Positions 11,801 to 24,900 of a stretch of DNA of 64,000 nucleotides are shown in pieces (position 1 is the first letter of the stretch; every line of letters starts with the position of its first letter). The stretch lies in contig BROI01000013.1 of the NCBI GenBank assembly GCA_027923505.1, positions 558,001-622,000 on the forward strand, read 5' to 3'. This stretch comes from Mayamaea pseudoterrestris. Lineage: Eukaryota. The notes beneath the pieces were generated by a model. That model did not search any database. It saw only the letters and a list, made by a program, of their open reading frames with translations, and was not told the DNA's origin. A program made the translations under genes and the position numbers.

Positions 11801-14800
11801 AAAGGACTGCCTGAGGCTGACAACATGGGTACGGCCTCCACTGTGGGTATGGCCAACACCACAAGTTGCAGATTCTTCCCTGTCAAACGCCCCATGCCCT
11901 GGCCACCCAAATACCCAATGAGTCAGGCAAAACATGTCCAGGGGATGCCATTGACAGGTGCAGAGTCTCAAATGGTGCAAAAAGGACTGCCTGGAGGCTG
12001 ACAACATGGGTACGGCCTCCACTGTGGGTATGGCCAACACCACAAGTTGCAGATTCTTCCCTGTCAAACGCCCCATGCCCTGGCCACCCAAATACCCAAT
12101 GAGTCAGGCAAAACATGTCCAGGGTATGCCATTGACAGGTGCATAGTCTCAAATGGTGCAAAAAGGACTGCCTGGAGGCTGAACACATGGGTACGGCCTC
12201 CACTGTGGGTATGGCCAACACCACAAGTTGCAGATTCTTCCCTGTCAAACGCCCCATGCCCTGGCCACCCAGATACCCAATGAGTCAGGCAAAACATGTC
12301 CAGGGTATGCCATTGACAGGTGCATAGTCTCAAATGGTGCAAAAGGACTGCCTGGAGGCTGACAACATGGGTACGGCCTCCACTGTGGGTATGGCCAACA
12401 CCACAAGTTGCAGATTCTTCCCTGTCAAACGCCCCATGCCCTGGCCACCCAAATACCCAATGAGTCAGGCAAAAACATGTCCAGGGGATGCCATTGACAG
12501 GTGCATAGTCTCAAATGGTGCAAAAGGACTGCCTGGAGGCTGAACAACATGGGTACGGCCTCCACTGTGGGTATGGCCAACACCACAAGTTGCAGATTCT
12601 TCCCTGTCAAACGCCCCATGCCCTGGCCACCCAAATACCCAATGAGTCAGGCAAAACATGTCCAGGGTATGCCATTGACAGGTGCATAGTCTCAAATGGT
12701 GCAAAAGGACTGCCTGGAGGCTGACAACATGGGTACGGCCTCCACTGTGGGTATGGCCAACACCACAAGTTGCAGATTCTTCCCTGTCAAACGCCCCATG
12801 CCCTGGCCACCCAAATACCCAATGAGTCAGGCAAAACATGTCCAGGGTATGCCATTGACAGGTGCATAGTCTCAAATGGTGCAAAAGGACTGCCTGGAGG
12901 CTGACAACATGGGTACGGCCTCCACTGTGGGTATGGCCAACACCACAAGTTGCAGATTCTTCCCTGTCAAACGCCCCATGCCCTGGCCACCCAAATACCC
13001 AATGAGTCAGGCCAAACATGTCCAGGCGATGCCATTGACAGGTGCAGAGTCTCAAATGAGTGAAAAAGGACTGCCTGAGGCGAAAACCAGTGGGTATGGC
13101 CAACACCACAAGTTGCAGATTCTTCCCTGTCAAACGCCATCGGACCACCCAATACCCAATGAGTCAGGCAAAACATGTCCAGGGTTTGCCATTGACAGGT
13201 GCAGAGTCTCAAATGGTGCAAAAAGGACTGCCTGGAGGCTGACACCCGACGGTCCACTGTGGGTATGGCAACACCACAAGTTGCAGATTCTTCCCTGTCA
13301 AACGCCCCATGCCCTGGCCACCCAAATACCCAATGAGTCAGGCAAAACATGTCCAGGGGATGCCATTGACAGGTGCAGAGTCTCAAATGGTGATACCCAA
13401 TGAGTCAGGCAAAACATGTCCAGGGTATGCCATTGACAGGTGCATAGTCTCAAATGGTGCAAAAGGACTGCCTGGAGGCTGACAACATGGGTACGGCCTC
13501 CACTGTGGGTATGGCCAACACCACAAGTTGCAGATTCTTCCCTGTCAAACGCCCCATGCCCTGGCCACCCAAATACCCAATGAGTCAGGCAAAAACATGT
13601 CCAGGGGATGCCATTGACAGGTGCATAGTCTCAAATGGTGCAAAAGGACTGCCTGGAGGCTTAACAACATGGGTACGGCCTCCACTGTGGGTATGGCCAA
13701 CACCACAAGTTGCAGATTCTTCCCTGTCAAACGCCCCATGCCCTGGCCACCCAAATACCCAATGAGTCAGGCAAAACATGTCCAGGGTATGCCATTGACA
13801 GGTGCATAGTCTCAAATGGTGCAAAAGGACTGCCTGGAGGCTGACAACATGGGTACGGCCTCCACTGTGGGTATGGCCAACACCACAAGTTGCAGATTCT
13901 TCCCTGTCAAACGCCCCATGCCCTGGCCACCCAAATACCCAATGAGTCAGGCAAAACATGTCCAGGGTATGCCATTGACAGGTGCATAGTCTCAAATGGT
14001 GCAAAAGGACTGCCTGGAGGCTGACAACATGGGTACGGCCTCCACTGTGGGTATGGCCAACACCACAAGTTGCAGATTCTTCCCTGTCAAACGCCCCATG
14101 CCCTGGCCACCCAAATACCCAATGAGTCAGGCCAAACATGTCCAGGCGATGCCATTGACAGGTGCAGAGTCTCAAATGGGTGAAAAAGGACTGCCTGAGG
14201 CGAAAACCAGTGGGTATGGCCAACACCACAAGTTGCAGATTCTTCCCTGTCAAACGCCATCGGACCACCCAATACCCAATGAGTCAGGCAAAACATGTCC
14301 AGGGTTTGCCATTGACAGGTGCAGAGTCTCAAATGGTGCAAAAAGGACTGCCTGGAGGCTGACACCCGACGGTCCACTGTGGGTATGGCAACACCACAAG
14401 TTGCAGATTCTTCCCTGTCAAACGCCCCATGCCCTGGCCACCCAAATACCCAATGAGTCAGGCAAAACATGTCCAGGGGATGCCATTGACAGGTGCAGAG
14501 TCTCAAATGGTGGTGTTGGCCAACACCACAAGTTGCAGATTCTTCCCTGTCAAACGCCCCATGCCCTGGCCACCCAAATACCCAATGAGTCAGGCAAAAC
14601 ATGTCCAGGGTAGGCCATTGACAGGTGCAGAGCCTCAAATGGGAAAAAAAGGACTGCCTGGAGGCTGACAACTGGGTACGCCTCCACTGTGGGTATACCA
14701 ACAAGTTGCAGATTCTTCCCTGTCAACATGCCCTGGCCACCCAAATACCCAATGAGTCAGGCAAAACATGTCCAGGTGATGCCATTGACAGGTGCAGAGT

Positions 14801-17800
14801 CTCAAAGGTGAAAGATGGAGGCTGACAACATGGGAGCCTCCAGTGGGTATGGCCAACACCACAAGTTGCAGATTCTTCCCGTCAAACGCCCCATGCGGCC
14901 ACCCAAATACCCAATGAGTCAGGCAAAACATGTCCAGGGTATGCCATTGACAGGTGCATAGTCTCAAATGGTCAAAAAGGATGCCTGAGGCTGACAACTT
15001 AGCTCCACTGTGGGTATGGCCAACACCACAAGTTGCAGATTCTCCTGTCAAACGCCCCATGCCTGGCCACCCAAATACCCAATGAGTCAGGCAAAACATG
15101 TCCAGGGTATGCTATTGGCAGGTGCATAGTCCAAATGGTGCAAAAGGAGCCTGAGGCTGAACCATGGGTACGGCCCACTGTGGGTATGCCAACACACTGC
15201 AGATTCTTCCCAAACCCCATGCCCTGGCCACCCAAATACCCAATGAGTCAGGCAAAACATGTCCAGGGTAGGCCAGACAGGTGCATAGTCTCAAATGGTG
15301 AAAGGACCGTCTAGAGGTGACAACATGGGTACCTAGTGGGATGGCAAACACAAGTTGCAGATTCTTCCCTGTCAAACGCCCCATGCCCTGGCCACCCAAA
15401 TACCCAATGAGTCAAGCAAAACATGTCCAGGGATACCATGACAGGTGCAGAGTCTCAAATGGTGCAAAGCTGTGCTGGAGGCCGACAACATGACGGCTCC
15501 ACTGGGGTATGGCCAACACCACAAGTTGCAGATTCTTCCTGTCAAACGCCCCATGCCCGGCCACCCAAATACCCAATGAGTCAGGCAAAACAGTCCAGGG
15601 TGCCACACAGGTGCAGAGTCTCAAATGGCGCAAAAGGACTGTGAGGCTGGAAAAACTCCACTGGGTAGGCCACACCACAAGTTGAGATTCTTCTGTCAAA
15701 CGCATGCCTGGCCACCCAAATACCCAACGAGTCAGGCAAAACATGTCCAGGGTATGCCATTGACAGGTGCATAGTCTCAAATGGTGCAAAAGGACTGCTG
15801 AGGACACAGGGTCCCTCCATGGGTATGGCAACACCACAAGTTGCAGATTCTTCCCTGTCAAACGCCCCATGCCCTGGCCACCCAAAACCCAATGAGTCAG
15901 GCAAAACATGTCCAGGGGAGGTGAGGTGCATAGTCTCAAATGGTGAGGGAGGTGAACCGGGTACGCTCCATGGGTATGGCCAACACCACAATTGAGATCT
16001 CCTGTCAAAGCATGCTGGCACCCAACCAATGAGTCAGTAAAACATGTCCAGGGTATGCATTGAGTCTCATGGTGCAAAAGGAAAGACACAAGTTGTCGAC
16101 GGACTGTCAAACGCCGCCCTGCCACCCAAATACCTGATGAGTCATGTCCAGGGTATGCCATTGACAGGTGCAGAGTCTCAAATGGTGCAAAGGAGGAGGT
16201 GACACAGATCCCCACACCGCAGCCGTTGGCCAAACCACAAGTTTTTCAAAATGCTGGCCACCCAAATGCAAACATGTCCAGGGTATGCATTGACAGGTGC
16301 AGAGTCTCAACGGTGCAAAAAGGACTGTGGAGGCTGACACCATGGGTACGGCCCCACCGTGGGTGTAAGGGCCAAACACAAGCTGTCAAACCATGCCTGG
16401 CCACCCAAATACCAATGATCAGGCCAAACATGTCCAGGGTATGCCATTGACAGGTGCAGAGTCTCAAATGGTGCAAAAGGACTGCCTGAGGCACACCATG
16501 GGGTAGCCCAGTGGGTATGGCCAACACCACAAGTTGACGATTTTCTGTCAAAGCCCCATGCCTGGCCACCAAATACCCAATGAGTCAGGCCAAACATGTC
16601 CAGGGTATGCCATGACAGCAGCGTCTCAAATGGTTGGCAAAAGGATGGGAACGGGTGGTCCATGGGTATGGCCAACACCACAAGTTGCCGATTCTTCCTG
16701 TCAAACGCCCCATGCCCTGGCCACCCAAATACCCAATGAGTCAGGCAAAACACCCAGGGTATGCCATTGACAGGTGCAGAGTCTCAAATGGTGCAAAAAG
16801 GACCGCCTGGAGGTTGACACCATGGGTACGGCCCCACTGTGGGTTGGCCAAACAAGTTGTCGATTCCCCTGTCAAACCCCCTGCGGCCACAAATACCATG
16901 AGTAAAACATGTCCAGGGTATGCCAATGACAGGTGTAGTCCGGTGCAAAAGGACTGTGGAGGCTGACACCAGGCGGGAACACAAGTTGCGATTCCTGTCA
17001 AACCATGCCCTGGCCACCCAAATACCAATGAGTCAGGCCAAACATGTCCAGGGAGGATACAGCATAGTCTCATGGTGCAAAAGGACTGCCTGGAGGCTGA
17101 ACATACGCCCACTGTGGGTATGGGCCAACACCCGCAAGTGTCGATTATGTCAAGCATGTGGCCACCCAAATACCCAATGAGTCAGGCAAAACATGTCCAG
17201 GGATGCCATTGACAGGTGCAGAGTCTCAAATGGTGCAAAGGACTGCCGAGGCTGAACAGGGGCCTCCATGGGTATGGCCAACACCACAAGTTGTCGACTG
17301 CTGTCAAACCCCATGCCTGGCCACCCAAAAACCCAATGAGTCAGGCAAAATGTCCAGGGGAGGATTGAAGGTGCATAGTCTCAATGGTGCAAAAGGACTG
17401 CTGGAGGTGACACCATGGAGCCCCACGGTGGGTATGGCCAACACCACAAGTTGTCGATTCCCCGTCAAACGCCCCATGCCCTGGCCACAAATACCCAATG
17501 AGTCAGGCCACAAATGTCCAGGGTATGCCATTGACAGGTGCAAGTCTCAAATGGTGCAAAAGGACTGCCTGGAGGCTGACAATCCATGTTATGGCAACAC
17601 ACAAGTTGTCATCCTGTCAAACGCCCCATGCCCTGGCCACCCAAATACAATGAGTCGGGCAAAACATGTCCAGGGTAGGCCATTGACAGGTGCAAGTCTC
17701 AAATGGTGCAAAAGGAGCTGAGGCTGACACAGGGTACGGCCTCCAGTGGGTTGAAACACAAGTTGCCGAATTTCCTGTCAAAGCCATGCTGGCCACCAAA

Positions 17801-18945
17801 ACCAATGAGTCAGGCAAAACATGTCCAGGGATGCCATTGACAGGTGCAGAGTCTCTGTGCAAAAAGGACTGCTGAGGCTGACAACATGGGTACGGTCTCC
17901 ACTGTGGGTTGGCCAACACCACAGGTTGCAGATTCTCCTGTCAAATGCCCCTGGCCACCAAAACCCAATGAGTCAGAAAAATCAGGGTGTGAGTGATACT
18001 CAAATGTGCAAAAAGGACTGTGAGGCTGACAACATGGGTACGGCCCCACTGTGGGTATGGCCAACACCACAAGTTGGATTCCCTGTCAAACGCCCCATGC
18101 CCTGGCCACCCAAATACCCAATGAGTCAGGCAAACATGTTCAGGGTAGGCCATTGACAGGTGACAGAGTCTCAAATGGAGCGGAGAGGTAACCACGGTCC
18201 CACTGACCAAGTGTGTCAAACGCCCCATGCCCTGCACCCAAAATGAGTCAAACATCCAGGAGGTGCATTGCAAAAGGACTGCCTAGAGGCTGACACCATG
18301 GGTACGGCCTCCACGGTGGGTATGGCCAACACCACAAGTTGTCGATTCCACAAACGCCCATGCCCACACAAATACCAATGAGTCAGGCCAAACATGTCCA
18401 GGGGATGCCATTGACAGGTGCATAGTCTCAAATGGTGTAAAAGGACTGCCTGGGAGTACGACAACATGGGTATGGCTCCACGGTGGTTGTGGCCAACATT
18501 TCACAAGTTGTCGATTCTTCCGTCAAACATCAAACAAAATACCCAATGAATCAGACAATCCAGGGGATACCATTAAAGGAGAGTCTCAAAAGCAAAAAGG
18601 ACTGCCTGAGGCTGACACCATGGGTACCGTCATTGGGTGTGGTTGGCAACACAAGTTTTCAAACGCCCATGCCTGGCCACCCAAATACCGATGAGTCAGG
18701 CAAAAACATCCAGGGCTGACGGGGTGCTCGGGCAAGGGTAAGTTGCAATCCCTCATGCCCAAATACCCAATGAGTCAGGCCAAACATGTCCAGGGGATGC
18801 CATTGACAGGTGCATAGTCTGGTGAAAAGGACTGCCTGGAGGCTGAGCCACCAGGTACGGACTCCACGGTATGGCCAATGACCACAAGTTGTCGATTCTG
18901 ACTCAAACGCCCATGCCTGCCGCCCACAATACCCGATGAGTGATT
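5886..18945 (+). repeat. 181-bp tandem satellite (family A), left arm, roughly 72-75 copies
   Basis: Head-to-tail unit ...CCCTGTCAAACGCCCCATGCCCTGGCCACCCAAATACCCAATGAGTCAGG... with period 180-181. Increasingly indel-ridden from about 13000 onward. Confidence 0.97.
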
Positions 18946-21900
18946 TCAGGGTATTTTGACAGGGAGAGTGCGACAAATTTGGTGTTGGCCACGCCGGAGG
19001 CGGACCTGGTGTCAGCTCCGGCAGTCCTTTTTGCACCATTTGAGACTCTGCACCTGTCAATGGCATACCCTGGACATGTTTTGCCTGACTCATTGGGTAT
19101 TTGGGTGGCCAGGGCATGGGGCGTTTGACAGGTCAGAATCGACAACTTGTGGTGTTGGCCATACCCACCGTGGAGGCCGTGTGTGTCAGCCTCCAGGCAG
19201 TCCTTTTTGCACCATTTGAGACTCTGCACCTGTCAATGGCATACCCTGGACATGTTTGGCCTGACTCATTGGGTATTTGGGTGGCCAGGGCATGGGGCGT
19301 TTGACAGGTCAGAATCGACAACTTGTGGTGTTGGCCATACCCACCGTGGAGGCCGTACCCATGGTGTCAGCCTCCAGGCAGTCCTTTTGCACCATTTGAG
19401 ACTCTGCACCTGTCAATGGCATACCCTGACATGTTGCCCTGTCATTGGGTGTGGTGTGGCCGGGCATGGGCGTTTGACAGGTCAGAATCGACAACTTGTG
19501 GTGTTGGCCATACCCACCGTGGAGGCCGTGGTGTCAGCCTCCAGGCAGTCCTTTTTGCACCATTTGAGACTCTGCACCTGTCAATGGCAAACCCTGGACA
19601 TGTTTAGCCTGACTCATTGGGTATTTGGGTGGCCAGGGGCGGGTTGCGGCAGAATCGCAATGTGGTGTTGGCCATACCCACCGTGGAGGCCGTACCCACG
19701 TGTCAGCCTCCAGGCAGTCCTCTTTGCACCATTTGAGACTCTGCACCTGTCAATGGCATACCCTGGACATGTTTGGCCTGACTCATTGGGTATTTGGGTG
19801 GCCAGGGCATGGGGCGTTTGACAGGTCAGAATCGACAACTTGTGGTGTTGGCCATACCCACCGTGGAGGCCGTACCCATGGTGTCAGCCTCCAGGCAGTC
19901 CTTTTTGCACCATTTGAGACTCTGCACCTGTCAATGGCATACCCTGGACATGTTTGGCCTGACTCATTGGGTATTTGGGTGGCCAGGGCATGGGGCGTTT
20001 GACAGGTCAGAATCGACAACTTGTGGTGTTGGCCATACCCACCGTGGAGGCCGTACCCATGGTGTCAGCCTCCAGGCAGTCCTTTTTGCACCATTTGAGA
20101 CTCTGCACCTGTCAATGGCATACCCTGGACATGTTTGGCCTGACTCATTGGGTATTTGGGTGGCCAGGGCATGGGGCGTTTGACAGGTCAGAATCGACAA
20201 CTTGTGGTGTTGGCCATACCCACCGTGGAGGCCGTACCCATGGTGTCAGCCTCCAGGCAGTCCTTTTGCACCATTTGAGACTCTGCACCTGTCAATGGCA
20301 TACCCTGGACATGTTTGGCCTGACTCATTGGGTATTTGGGTGGCCAGGGCATGGGGCGTTTGACAGGTCAGAATCGACAACTTGTGGTGTTGGCCATACC
20401 CACCGTGGAGGCCGCACCCATGGTGTCAGCCTCCAGGCAGTCCTTTTGCACCATTTGAGACTCTGCACCTGTCAATGGCATACCCTGGACATGTTTGGCC
20501 TGACTCATTGGGTATTTGGGTGGCCAGGGCATGGGGCGTTTGACAGGTCAGAATCGACAACTTGTGGTGTTGGCCATACCCACCGTGGAGGCCGTACCCA
20601 TGGTGTCAGCCTCCAGGCAGTCCTTTTGCACCATTTGAGACTCTGCACCTGTCAATGGCATACCCTGGACATGTTTGGCCTGACTCATTGGGTATTTGGG
20701 TGGCCAGGGATGGGGCGTTTGACAGGTCAGAATCGACAACTTGTGGTGTTGGCCATACCCACCGTGGAGGCCGTACCCATGGTGTCAGCCTCCAGGCAGT
20801 CCTTTTGCACCATTTGAGACTCTGCACCTGTCAATGGCATACCCTGGACATGTTTGGCCTGACTCATTGGGTATTTGGGTGGCCAGGGCATGGGGCGTTT
20901 GACAGGTCAGAATCGACAACTTGTGGTGTTGGCCATACCCACCGTGGAGGCCGTACCCATGGTGTCAGCCTCCAGGCAGTCCTTTTTGCACCATTTGAGA
21001 CTCTGCACCTGTCAATGGCATACCCTGGACATGTTTGGCCTGACTCATTGGGTATTTGGGTGGCCAGGGCATGGGGCGTTTGACAGGTCAGAATCGACAA
21101 CTTGTGGTGTTGGCCATACCCACCGTGGAGGCCGTACCCATGGTGTCAGCCTCCAGGCAGTCCTTTTTGCACCATTTGAGACTCTGCACCTGTCAATGGC
21201 ATACCCTGGACATGTTTGGCCTGACTCATTGGGTATTTGGGTGGCCAGGGCATGGGGCGTTTGACAGGTCAGAATCGACAACTTGTGGTGTTGGCCATAC
21301 CCACCGTGGAGGCCGTACCCATGGTGTCAGCCTCCAGGCAGTCCTTTTTGCACCATTTGAGACTCTGCACCTGTCAATGGCATACCCTGGACATGTTTGG
21401 CCTGACTCATTGGGTATTTGGGTGGCCAGGGCATGGGGCGTTTGACAGGTCAGAATCGACAACTTGTGGTGTTGGCCATACCCACCGTGGAGGCCGTACC
21501 CATGGTGTCAGCCTCCAGGCAGTCCTTTTTGCACCATTTGAGACTCTGCACCTGTCAATGGCATACCCTGGACATGTTTGGCCTGACTCATTGGGTATTT
21601 GGGTGGCCAGGGCATGGGGCGTTTGACAGGTCAGAATCGACAACTTGTGGTGTTGGCCATACCCACCGTGGAGGCCGTACCCATGGTGTCAGCCTCCAGG
21701 CAGTCCTTTTGCACCATTTGAGACTCTGCACCTGTCAATGGCATACCCTGGACATGTTTGGCCTGACTCATTGGGTATTTGGGTGGCCAGGGCATGGGGC
21801 GTTTGACAGGTCAGAATCGACAACTTGTGGTGTTGGCCATACCCACCGTGGAGGCCGTACCCATGGTGTCAGCCTCCAGGCAGTCCTTTTTGCACCATTT

Positions 21901-24900
21901 GAGACTCTGCACCTGTCAATGGCATACCCTGGACATGTTTGGCCTGACTCATTGGGTATTTGGGTGGCCAGGGCATGGGGCGTTTGACAGGTCAGAATCG
22001 ACAACTTGTGGTGTTGGCCATACCCACCGTGGAGGCCGTACCCATGGTGTCAGCCTCCAGGCAGTCCTTTTTGCACCATTTGAGACTCTGCACCTGTCAA
22101 TGGCATACCCTGGACATGTTTGGCCTGACTCATTGGGTATTTGGGTGGCCAGGGCATGGGGCGTTTGACAGGTCAGAATCGACAACTTGTGGTGTTGGCC
22201 ATACCCACCGTGGAGGCCGTACCCCATGGTGTCAGCCTCCAGGCAGTCCTTTTGCACCATTTGAGACTCTGCACCTGTCAATGGCATACCCTGGACATGT
22301 TTGGCCTGACTCATTGGGTATTTGGGTGGCCAGGGCATGGGGCGTTTGACAGGTCAGAATCGACAACTTGTGGTGTTGGCCATACCCACCGTGGAGGCCG
22401 TACCCCATGGTGTCAGCCTCCAGGCAGTCTTTTTGCACCATTTGAGACTCTGCACCTGTCAATGGCATACCCTGGACATGTTTGGCCTGACTCATTGGGT
22501 ATTTGGGTGGCCAGGGCATGGGGCGTTTGACAGGTCAGAATCGACAACTTGTGGTGTTGGCCATACCCACCGTGGAGGCCGTACCCATGGTGTCAGCCTC
22601 CAGGCAGTCCTTTTGCACCATTTGAGACTCTGCACCTGTCAATGGCATACCCTGGACATGTTTGGCCTGACTCATTGGGTATTTGGGTGGCCAGGGCATG
22701 GGGCGTTTGACAGGTCAGAATCGACAACTTGTGGTGTTGGCCATACCCACCGTGGAGGCCGTACCCATGGTGTCAGCCTCCAGGCAGTCCTTTTTGCACC
22801 ATTTGAGACTCTGCACCTGTCAATGGCATACCCTGGACATGTTTGGCCTGACTCATTGGGTATTTGGGTGGCCAGGGCATGGGGCGTTTGACAGGTCAGA
22901 ATCGACAACTTGTGGTGTTGGCCATACCCACCGTGGAGGCCGTACCCATGGTGTCAGCCTCCAGGCAGTCCTTTTTGCACCATTTGAGACTCTGCACCTG
23001 TCAATGGCATACCCTGGACATGTTTGGCCTGACTCATTGGGTATTTGGGTGGCCAGGGCATGGGGCGTTTGACAGGTCAGAATCGACAACTTGTGGTGTT
23101 GGCCATACCCACCGTGGAGGCCGTACCCATGGTGTCAGCCTCCAGGCAGTCCTTTTTGCACCATTTGAGACTCTGCACCTGTCAATGGCATACCCTGGAC
23201 ATGTTTGGCCTGACTCATTGGGTATTTGGGTGGCCAGGGCATGGGGCGTTTGACAGGTCAGAATCGACAACTTGTGGTGTTGGCCATACCCACCGTGGAG
23301 GCCGTACCCATGGTGTCAGCCTCCAGGCAGTCCTTTTTGCACCATTTGAGACTCTGCACCTGTCAATGGCATACCCTGGACATGTTTGGCCTGACTCATT
23401 GGGTATTTGGGTGGCCAGGGCATGGGGCGTTTGACAGGTCAGAATCGACAACTTGTGGTGTTGGCCATACCCACCGTGGAGGCCGTACCCCATGGTGTCA
23501 GCCTCCAGGCAGTCCTTTTTGCACCATTTGAGACTCTGCACCTGTCAATGGCATACCCTGGACATGTTTGGCCTGACTCATTGGGTATTTGGGTGGCCAG
23601 GGCATGGGGCGTTTGACAGGTCAGAATCGACAACTTGTGGTGTTGGCCATACCCACCGTGGAGGCCGTACCCATGGTGTCAGCCTCCAGGCAGTCCTTTT
23701 TGCACCATTTGAGACTCTGCACCTGTCAATGGCATACCCTGGACATGTTTGGCCTGACTCATTGGGTATTTGGGTGGCCAGGGCATGGGGCGTTTGACAG
23801 GTCAGAATCGACAACTTGTGGTGTTGGCCATACCCACCGTGGAGGCCGTACCCCATGGTGTCAGCCTCCAGGCAGTCCTTTTTGCACCATTTGAGACTCT
23901 GCACCTGTCAATGGCATACCCTGGACATGTTTGGCCTGACTCATTGGGTATTTGGGTGGCCAGGGCATGGGGCGTTTGACAGGTCAGAATCGACAACTTG
24001 TGGTGTTGGCCATACCCACCGTGGAGGCCGTACCCATGGTGTCAGCCTCCAGGCAGTCCTTTTTGCACCATTTGAGACTCTGCACCTGTCAATGGCATAC
24101 CCTGGACATGTTTGGCCTGACTCATTGGGTATTTGGGTGGCCAGGGCATGGGGCGTTTGACAGGTCAGAATCGACAACTTGTGGTGTTGGCCATACCCAC
24201 CGTGGAGGCCGTACCCATGGTGTCAGCCTCCAGGCAGTCCTTTTGCACCATTTGAGACTCTGCACCTGTCAATGGCATACCCTGGACATGTTTGGCCTGA
24301 CTCATTGGGTATTTGGGTGGCCAGGGCATGGGGCGTTTGACAGGTCAGAATCGACAACTTGTGGTGTTGGCCATACCCACCGTGGAGGCCGTACCCATGG
24401 TGTCAGCCTCCAGGCAGTCCTTTTGCACCATTTGAGACTCTGCACCTGTCAATGGCATACCCTGGACATGTTTGGCCTGACTCATTGGGTATTTGGGTGG
24501 CCAGGGCATGGGGCGTTTGACAGGTCAGAATCGACAACTTGTGGTGTTGGCCATACCCACCGTGGAGGCCGTACCCATGGTGTCAGCCTCCAGGCAGTCC
24601 TTTTGCACCATTTGAGACTCTGCACCTGTCAATGGCATACCCTGGACATGTTTGGCCTGACTCATTGGGTATTTGGGTGGCCAGGGCATGGGGCGTTTGA
24701 CAGGTCAGAATCGACAACTTGTGGTGTTGGCCATACCCACCGTGGAGGCCGTACCCATGGTGTCAGCCTCCAGGCAGTCCTTTTTGCACCATTTGAGACT
24801 CTGCACCTGTCAATGGCATACCCTGGACATGTTTGGCCTGACTCATTGGGTATTTGGGTGGCCAGGGCATGGGGCGTTTGACAGGTCAGAATCGACAACT

